From Nakamurella deserti (GTDB taxonomy: Bacteria > Actinomycetota > Actinomycetes > Mycobacteriales > Nakamurellaceae), in NCBI RefSeq assembly GCF_003260015.1, contig NZ_QCXS01000003.1, forward strand, positions 206,315-238,314: 32,000 bases of DNA. The letters run 5' to 3'. Shown in pieces: positions 26,806 to 32,000 of the stretch; position 1 is the stretch's first letter; each line of letters opens with the position of its first letter. Made by a program: the position numbers and the translations under genes. Below the pieces are notes generated by a model. That model saw only the letters and a program-made list of their open reading frames with translations, did not search any database and had not been told where the DNA came from.

Positions 26806-27264
26806 CGAGTCGCCCGTCCGCTGGTGCCTCGGGGCGGGCCCGGTGGGATGGGCGGATGATCGGTGCCTGGCGGGTTGAGGTGGTGCTCACCGCCGAGCTC
26901 CAGAGCATCCGGCGGTCGGCGGAGTCGCCCGGCGCTCCGGGGCGGGCCCCGGTGGGATGAGCGGATGCACAGTGCCTGGCAGGTCGAGGTGGTGCACACC
27001 GCCGACCACGGGACCATCAAGCGTCCGATGACGTCGCCCATCCGCTGGCGCCAGGGAACGGGCCGCGATGGGATGGACGGATGCACAGCGCCTGGCAGGT
27101 CGAGGTGGTGCACACCGCCGACCACGGGACCATCAAGCGTCCGATGACGTCGCCCATCCGCTGGCGCCCGGGAACCGGCCGCGGTGGGATGAGCGGATGA
27201 ACGGTGCCTGGCGGGTCGAAGTGGTGCACACCGCCGACCTGGGGAGCATCCGGCGGTCGGCGGT
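26806..27264 (+). repeat. tandem array (period 109-116 bp, 4 start-codon-bearing units) duplicating the RBS, ATG and first ~15-25 codons of aac(2')
   Basis: ATGs at 26856, 26965, 27081 and 27197 each follow ggtgggatg(a/g)gcgg-like sequence and precede gcctggc(a/g)ggt(c/t)ga(g/a)gtggtgc(a/t)caccgccga. Units 2 and 3 differ at about 6 of 116 positions. Confidence 0.9.
27081..27200 (+). CDS. upstream ORF 3 (39 codons, MHSAWQVEVVHTADHGTIKRPMTSPIRWRPGTGRGGMSG), stop overlapping the aac(2') start
   Basis: The ATG context is identical in type to the real gene. Its TGA (27198..27200) overlaps the aac(2') ATG (27197..27199) as ATGA. Translation is unproven. Confidence 0.3.
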   Translation: MHSAWQVEVVHTADHGTIKRPMTSPIRWRPGTGRGGMSG

Positions 27265-27739
27265 GCGGGCGCTGCTGTACGAGGTGTTCGATGACATGAC
27301 CGAGCCCGACTGGGAGCACTGCCTCGGGGGCGTGCACGCGCTGACCGTGGCCGACGGCGGGATCGTGGCCCACGCGGCGCTGGTCGCGCGGCGCCTCGGA
27401 CATCGTGGTCGCCCCCTGCGGGCCGGCTACGTCGAGGGCGTCGCGGTCCGCCCCGACCGGCAGCGGCAGGGTCTGGGGTCGGCGGTGATGGCACCCCTGG
27501 AGCGGATGATCGTCGACGCCTACGAGGTGGGGGCGCTGGCCGCCACGGACGACGGCGCCCGCTTCTACACGGCCCGCGGCTGGCGGTCCTGGGCCGGGCG
27601 CACCTGGTCGCTGACCCCGGACGGCGCGGTGCGCACCCCCGACGACGACGACTGCGTGTTCGTGTGGCCGGGTGCGTCGGAGCCACTGGACCTCACGGGC
27701 GACCTGCTCGCCGACTGGCGCGACGACTGCGCCTGGTGA
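27197..27739 (+). CDS. aac(2'): aminoglycoside 2'-N-acetyltransferase, AAC(2')-I family (GNAT)
   Basis: 180 aa, colinear with M. tuberculosis AAC(2')-Ic (Rv0262c) from memory: VVHTADL, TEPDWEHCLGGVHAL, IVAHAALVARRL.HRG..LRAGYVEGVAVRPD, GAL, ARGW..W.G.T..LTPDGAVRTPDDDD.VFV.P, DWR. The 223-aa track ORF (from 27068) reads through repeat unit 3 and is not supported by homology. Confidence 0.88.
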   Translation: MNGAWRVEVVHTADLGSIRRSAVRALLYEVFDDMTEPDWEHCLGGVHALTVADGGIVAHAALVARRLGHRGRPLRAGYVEGVAVRPDRQRQGLGSAVMAPLERMIVDAYEVGALAATDDGARFYTARGWRSWAGRTWSLTPDGAVRTPDDDDCVFVWPGASEPLDLTGDLLADWRDDCAW

Positions 27740-27754
27740 CCCCGGAACGCCAGA

Positions 27755-27796
27755 ACGGGCGGCACCCGGGGCACGAAGCCTCCGGGTACCGCCCGT
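27755..27796. terminator. long GC hairpin between convergent aac(2') and nrdB
   Basis: acgggcggcacccgg (27755..27769) pairs with ccgggtaccgcccgt (27782..27796): 15 bp with one mismatch. Confidence 0.5.
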
Positions 27797-27853
27797 GTGC
27801 GGGGTGCGCCGCCGTGCGGCGCGGTCCGGCGCCTGACGGTCAGCGCCGGGTGG

Positions 27854-29005
27854 TCACCACTCCAGGCCGCCACCGGTCTGGTACTCGATGACGCGGGTCT
27901 CGAAGAAGTTCTTCTCCTTCTTGAGGTCCATCATCTCGCTCATCCACGGGAACGGGTTCTCCGTCTCGGCGAACAGCGGCTCGAGGCCGATCTGGACGCA
28001 GCGGCGGTTGGTGATGAAGTGCATGTACTGCTCGCACTGCGCGGCCGACAGGCCGAGCATGCCGGTGGACAGGGTCTCGCGGCCGTAGGCGATCTCCAGC
28101 TCACAGGCCTTGCGCAGCATGCCCGAGATCTCGGCGGCGAACTCGGCCGACCACAGCTCCGGGTTCTCCAGCTTGATCTGGTTGATGACGTCGATGCCGA
28201 AGTTCAGGTGGATCGACTCGTCGCGCAGGATGTACTGGTACTGCTCGGCGATGCCGACCATCATGTTGCGCCGGCCCAGCGACAGGATCTGCGCGAACCC
28301 GGTGTAGAACCACATGCCCTCGAAGATGACGTAGAAGGCGACGAGGTCCCGCAGGAACGCCCGGTCGTTCTCGACCGTGCCGGTGCGGAATTCCGGATCC
28401 TGCAGGTGCTGGGTGTAGTTCAGCGCCCAGGAGTCCTTCTCGGTGATCGAGGGGACCTCGCGGTACATGTTGAACAGCTCGCCCTCGTCGAGGCCGAGCG
28501 ACTCGCAGATGTACTGGAAGGTGTGCGTGTGCACGGCCTCCTCGAAGGCCTGACGCAGCAGGTACTGGCGGCACTCCGGGTTGGTGAGCTGCCGGTACAC
28601 CGCGAGCACGATGTTGTTCGCGACCAGCGACTCGGCGGTGGCGAAGAAGCCCAGGTTGCGCTTGAGCATCTGACGCTCGGCGGGGGTGAGCCCGTTCGGC
28701 GACTTCCACAGCGCGATGTCGGCCTGCATCGACACCTCGGTCGGCATCCACTGGTTGTTGCAGCCGGCCAGGTACTTCTCCCACGCCCAGTGGTACTTCA
28801 GCGGCAGCAGCTGGTTGACGTCGGCGCGGGCGTTGATCATGCGCTTCTCCGAGACCGACACGCGGCCGCCGGAGGTGTCGATGGAGCCGAGGCCGGTCTC
28901 CGCCGTCGGGCTGACCGCCGGAGCGGAGGTGGCCGTCGCGGTGGTGAAGGTGGTCTCGGGCGCCTCGGTCGCGGCCGGGGCGAACGTGGTGGCGAAGTCG
29001 GTCAT
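27854..29005 (-). CDS. nrdB: class I ribonucleotide reductase small (beta/R2) subunit, with class Ic-type signatures
   Basis: Ferritin-like R2: [44 protein letters not shown]. Phe163 occupies the radical-Tyr position and Glu125 the first metal-ligand position. Thr/Ala-rich ~50-aa N-terminal extension. ATG 29005. Confidence 0.92.
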   Translation of the reverse strand: MTDFATTFAPAATEAPETTFTTATATSAPAVSPTAETGLGSIDTSGGRVSVSEKRMINARADVNQLLPLKYHWAWEKYLAGCNNQWMPTEVSMQADIALWKSPNGLTPAERQMLKRNLGFFATAESLVANNIVLAVYRQLTNPECRQYLLRQAFEEAVHTHTFQYICESLGLDEGELFNMYREVPSITEKDSWALNYTQHLQDPEFRTGTVENDRAFLRDLVAFYVIFEGMWFYTGFAQILSLGRRNMMVGIAEQYQYILRDESIHLNFGIDVINQIKLENPELWSAEFAAEISGMLRKACELEIAYGRETLSTGMLGLSAAQCEQYMHFITNRRCVQIGLEPLFAETENPFPWMSEMMDLKKEKNFFETRVIEYQTGGGLEW

Positions 29006-29056
29006 GGTGTCAGATCCTTTCGGGCTGGTGAGTGGTCGTCGTCGGAACTTCGACCG

Positions 29057-32000
29057 TCACTGGCAGGCTTCGCAGTCGGGGTTGTCGATCGAGCACGCCG
29101 AGATGTCGCTACCGGCGACCTGGTCGGCCGCGAACGGGTTCAGCTCGATGTCGGGGGTCTTGATCACCGGGCGGGGCGCGGCCGGGGTCGGTGCGGACAG
29201 CACCGGCACCGCGGTGGCCGTCGACGGTGCCGGCGCGGCGGGGACCGCTGCCGTCGGCGCCGGGGCGACGACGGCCTGGACCGCGGCCGGAGCGGGAGCC
29301 GCGACCGGAGCGGGAGCCGCGGCCGGGGCAGCCACCGGCGCCGAGGTGGCCTGGACGGCGCTGAGCTTGCCGTCGGTGCCGCGCAGCGTCGACTTCTCGA
29401 CGTGGGTCTTGCTGGTCGAGCGCAGGTAGTAGGTGGTCTTGCACCCGGTGCGCCAGGCCAGCCGGTACAGCTCGTCGAGCTTGCGGCCGTTCGGCTGCGC
29501 CATGTACAGGTTCAGCGACTGCGCCTGGTCGATCCACTTCTGCCGGCGCGACGCGGCCTTGACCAGCCACGACCCGTCGATCTCGAACGCGGTGGCGAAC
29601 AGTTCCTTGACGTCGGCCGGGATCCGGTCGATCGGCCACAGCGAGCCGTCGAAGTACTTGAGGTCGGCGATCATGACCTCGTCCCACAGCCCGCGCTCCT
29701 TGAGCACCCGGACGAGGTGCTCGTTGACCACGGTGAAGTCGCCGCTCATGTTCGACTTGACGAACAGGTTGCGGTAGGTCGGCTCGATGGACTGCGCCAC
29801 GCCGATGATGTTGGAGATGGTGGCCGTCGGGGCGATGGCCATCACGTTCGAGTTGCGCATGCCCTGGCTCTTCACCTTGGTGCGCAGCGAGTCCCAGTCC
29901 AGCCGCTGGGTGGCGTCCTGGTCGAGGTCACCGTTGCGGTGCTCACGCAGGATCTCGACCGAGTCGATCGGCAGGATGCCCTTGCTCCACAGCGACCCGT
30001 CGAACGAGGCGTAGGCACCGCGCTCCTTGGCCAGGTCCGAGCTCGCCTCGATGGCGAAGTAGGACAGCTGCTCCATCGACGTGTCGGCGAACTCCACCGC
30101 GGCGTCGGAGGCGTAGGCGATGCCCAGGTTGTACAGGCTGTCGGCGAAGCCCATCAGGCCCAGCCCGACCGGGCGGTGCTTGAGGTTCGACCGACGTGCC
30201 GGCGGGATCGTGTACATGTTGATGTCGATCACGTTGTCGAGCATCCGGACGGCGGTCTTCACGGTCGCGCGCAGTCGCTCGACGTCCAGGCCGTCCGCGG
30301 TGGTGTGCGCGGCCAGGTTCACCGAGCCCAGGTTGCAGACCGCGACCTCGTCCTTGGACGTGTTCAGGGTGATCTCGGTGCACAGGTTGGACGAGTGCAC
30401 GACCCCGACGTGCTGCTGCGGGGAGCGCAGGTTGCACGGGTCCTTGAAGGTGATCCACGGGTGGCCGGTCTCGAACAGCATGGTGAGCATCCGGCGCCAC
30501 AGGTCGACCGCCTTGATCTGGCGGAACACCTGGATCTCGCCGCGAGCCGCGGCGGCCTCGTACTCGGCGTATTTGCGGCTGAACTCCAGGCCGTAGGTGT
30601 CGTGCAGGCCCGGGGTCTCGTCCGGGGAGAACAGCGTCCACACGCCGTCGGCCTCGACGCGGCGGAGGAACTCGTCCGGCACCCAGTTGGCGGTGTTCAT
30701 GTCGTGCGTCCGGCGACGCTCGTCACCGGTGTTCTTGCGCAGGTCGAGGAACTCCTCGATGTCGATGTGCCAGGTCTCGAGGTAGGCGCAGACCGCACCC
30801 TTGCGCTTGCCGCCCTGGTTCACCGCGACCGCGGTGTCGTTGGCGATCTTGAGGAACGGCACGACGCCGGAGGACAGGCCGTTGGTGCCCTTGATGTGGG
30901 CGCCGATGCCGCGGACCGGGGTCCAGTCGTTGCCGAGACCGCCGGAGAACTTGGCCAGCAGGGCGTTGTTCTTGATGGACTGGAAGATGTCGTCCAGGTC
31001 GTCGTCGACGGTGGTCAGGAAGCAGCTGGACAGCTGCGGCCGGGTGGTGCCGGCGTTGAACAGCGTCGGCGTGGAGCACATGAAGTCGAAGCTGGAGATG
31101 AGGCGGTAGAACTCGATCGCCCGCTCCTCGCGGTCGGCCTCCCGGATCGCGAGGCCCATCGCCACGCGCATGAAGAACGCCTGCGGCAGCTCGTAGCGGG
31201 TCTCGCGGTGGTGCAGGAAGTACCGGTCGTAGAGCGTCTGCAGACCGAGGAAGGTGAACTGACCGTCGCGCGAGGCGTCGATGGCCGCACCCAGGCGCTC
31301 GAGGTCGAATTCGGCCAGCACCGGGTCGAGCTGCCCGAGCTCGATGCCGCGGGCGACGTAGCCGGCGAAGTATCCGGGGTAGACCTCGGCCATGTCGTGG
31401 GCGCCGGCCTGGCGGTGCTCACCGGCCAGGTAGGTCAGGGCCTCGGTACGCAGCGTGTCGGCGAGCAGCCGGGACGCGACGAAGGAGTAGTTGGGCTCGG
31501 TCTCGACCAGGGCGCGGGCGGCCATGATCGGGGCCAGGCCGAGCTCCTTGGTGCTGATGCCGTCGTACAGGTTGGACGTGGTGCCGGCGTAGACGGCGTC
31601 GGCGCTGACGTCGGTCAGGCCCTCGGTCGCCTCGTCGACGATGGCGCGCAACCGCACGGTGTCGAGCAGGCTCGACGATCCGTCGGGGGCGACGACGCTC
31701 CACACCGGGGCGCCGCGGCCGGCGGTGGTCTCGGCGTCGCCCTCGGCGGCCTCGCGCTCCTCACGGGCGCGGCGGTGCTCCTCGCGGTACAGGATGTAGG
31801 CCCGCGCGACCTTGGCGTGGCCGCCGCGCATCAGCGCGAGCTCGACCTGGTCCTGGACGTCCTCGAGGTTGACGTGACGCTCGAGGCCGTGCCGGCGGGC
31901 GAGGGTGCTCGACACCTGCTCGGTCAGCTCGGCGACCAGCGCACGCAGCCGCGACGACGTGCCGGCGGAGTCGCCCTCGACGGCGATGAAGGCCTTGGTG
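29057..32000 (-). CDS. nrdA: class I ribonucleotide reductase large (alpha/R1) subunit, N-terminus beyond the right edge
   Basis: NLCTEI, CNLGSVNL, an ATP-cone remnant at the N-terminal end (..ALMRGGHAKVARAYILYREEH..) and a C-terminal Cys pair (CSIDNPDCEACQ). The frame stays open to position 32000, so the first Met in the track (31915) is not the start. Confidence 0.95.
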   Translation of the reverse strand, partial: TKAFIAVEGDSAGTSSRLRALVAELTEQVSSTLARRHGLERHVNLEDVQDQVELALMRGGHAKVARAYILYREEHRRAREEREAAEGDAETTAGRGAPVWSVVAPDGSSSLLDTVRLRAIVDEATEGLTDVSADAVYAGTTSNLYDGISTKELGLAPIMAARALVETEPNYSFVASRLLADTLRTEALTYLAGEHRQAGAHDMAEVYPGYFAGYVARGIELGQLDPVLAEFDLERLGAAIDASRDGQFTFLGLQTLYDRYFLHHRETRYELPQAFFMRVAMGLAIREADREERAIEFYRLISSFDFMCSTPTLFNAGTTRPQLSSCFLTTVDDDLDDIFQSIKNNALLAKFSGGLGNDWTPVRGIGAHIKGTNGLSSGVVPFLKIANDTAVAVNQGGKRKGAVCAYLETWHIDIEEFLDLRKNTGDERRRTHDMNTANWVPDEFLRRVEADGVWTLFSPDETPGLHDTYGLEFSRKYAEYEAAAARGEIQVFRQIKAVDLWRRMLTMLFETGHPWITFKDPCNLRSPQQHVGVVHSSNLCTEITLNTSKDEVAVCNLGSVNLAAHTTADGLDVERLRATVKTAVRMLDNVIDINMYTIPPARRSNLKHRPVGLGLMGFADSLYNLGIAYASDAAVEFADTSMEQLSYFAIEASSDLAKERGAYASFDGSLWSKGILPIDSVEILREHRNGDLDQDATQRLDWDSLRTKVKSQGMRNSNVMAIAPTATISNIIGVAQSIEPTYRNLFVKSNMSGDFTVVNEHLVRVLKERGLWDEVMIADLKYFDGSLWPIDRIPADVKELFATAFEIDGSWLVKAASRRQKWIDQAQSLNLYMAQPNGRKLDELYRLAWRTGCKTTYYLRSTSKTHVEKSTLRGTDGKLSAVQATSAPVAAPAAAPAPVAAPAPAAVQAVVAPAPTAAVPAAPAPSTATAVPVLSAPTPAAPRPVIKTPDIELNPFAADQVAGSDISACSIDNPDCEACQ

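Noticed and set aside
26806-27264. Could the regularly spaced repeats (here, at 7480..7640 and at 22585..22850) be CRISPR arrays?
   Set aside because: The units are contiguous and homologous over their whole length (109-116, 60 and ~50 bp). There are no short conserved repeats alternating with unique spacers, and no cas genes are in the window.
26061-27686. 541-aa minus-strand ORF extending the TetR gene across the repeat array and antisense through aac(2')
   Set aside because: The TetR HTH starts right after GTG 26663, which has a good AGGAG RBS. The extension is Arg/Pro-rich, antisense to a gene with strong homology, and merely mirrors the tandem repeats.
27068-27739. 223-aa ORF giving an N-terminally extended acetyltransferase
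   Set aside because: Similarity to AAC(2')-Ic starts at MNGAWRVEVVHTADL (ATG 27197). The first 43 codons read through repeat unit 3 in a frame different from that unit's own ATG-initiated frame.

Overview
Very GC-rich actinobacterial chromosomal segment, Mycobacterium/Pseudonocardia-like in gene content. It is mostly core metabolism, and I saw no transposase, integrase, CRISPR array or recognisable defence genes. Left to right: a partial unknown gene; a BI-1/YccA membrane protein; an S/T/D-rich lipoprotein; one tRNA; the conserved eno-ftsB-like-DUF501-ppx operon (synteny as M. tuberculosis Rv1023-Rv1026); a GT4 glycosyltransferase; and a 60-bp tandem repeat. A long co-oriented minus-strand block follows. 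It holds translationally coupled fgd-fbiC (F420 reduction and FO synthesis), a NitT/TauT-type ABC importer (substrate-binding protein, 2 permeases, ATPase), a Mer-like LLM F420-dependent oxidoreductase, dihydropyrimidinase and beta-ureidopropionase, with a divergent class-III aminotransferase. After that come a secreted beta-propeller protein, degenerate ~50-bp repeats, metX-metY behind a clear SAM-IV riboswitch, a TetR regulator divergent from an aac(2')-I-type aminoglycoside acetyltransferase, and a class I ribonucleotide reductase operon (nrdA running off the right edge, nrdB with class Ic signatures). Four things deserve follow-up. (1) The aac(2') leader is a 4-copy tandem array of the gene's own RBS, start codon and N-terminal codons, giving stacked uORFs, the last overlapping the true start as ATGA. 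(2) The reductive pyrimidine-catabolism cluster lacks a dihydropyrimidine dehydrogenase and carries a Mer-like F420 enzyme in that place, next to the F420 supply genes. (3) The tRNA has a UAA anticodon in a short-variable-loop (class I) fold, whereas bacterial tRNA-Leu is class II. (4) The SAM-IV riboswitch sits 222 nt from metY, and a 69-codon ORF bridges the gap. Everything here is hand analysis; no database search was run.
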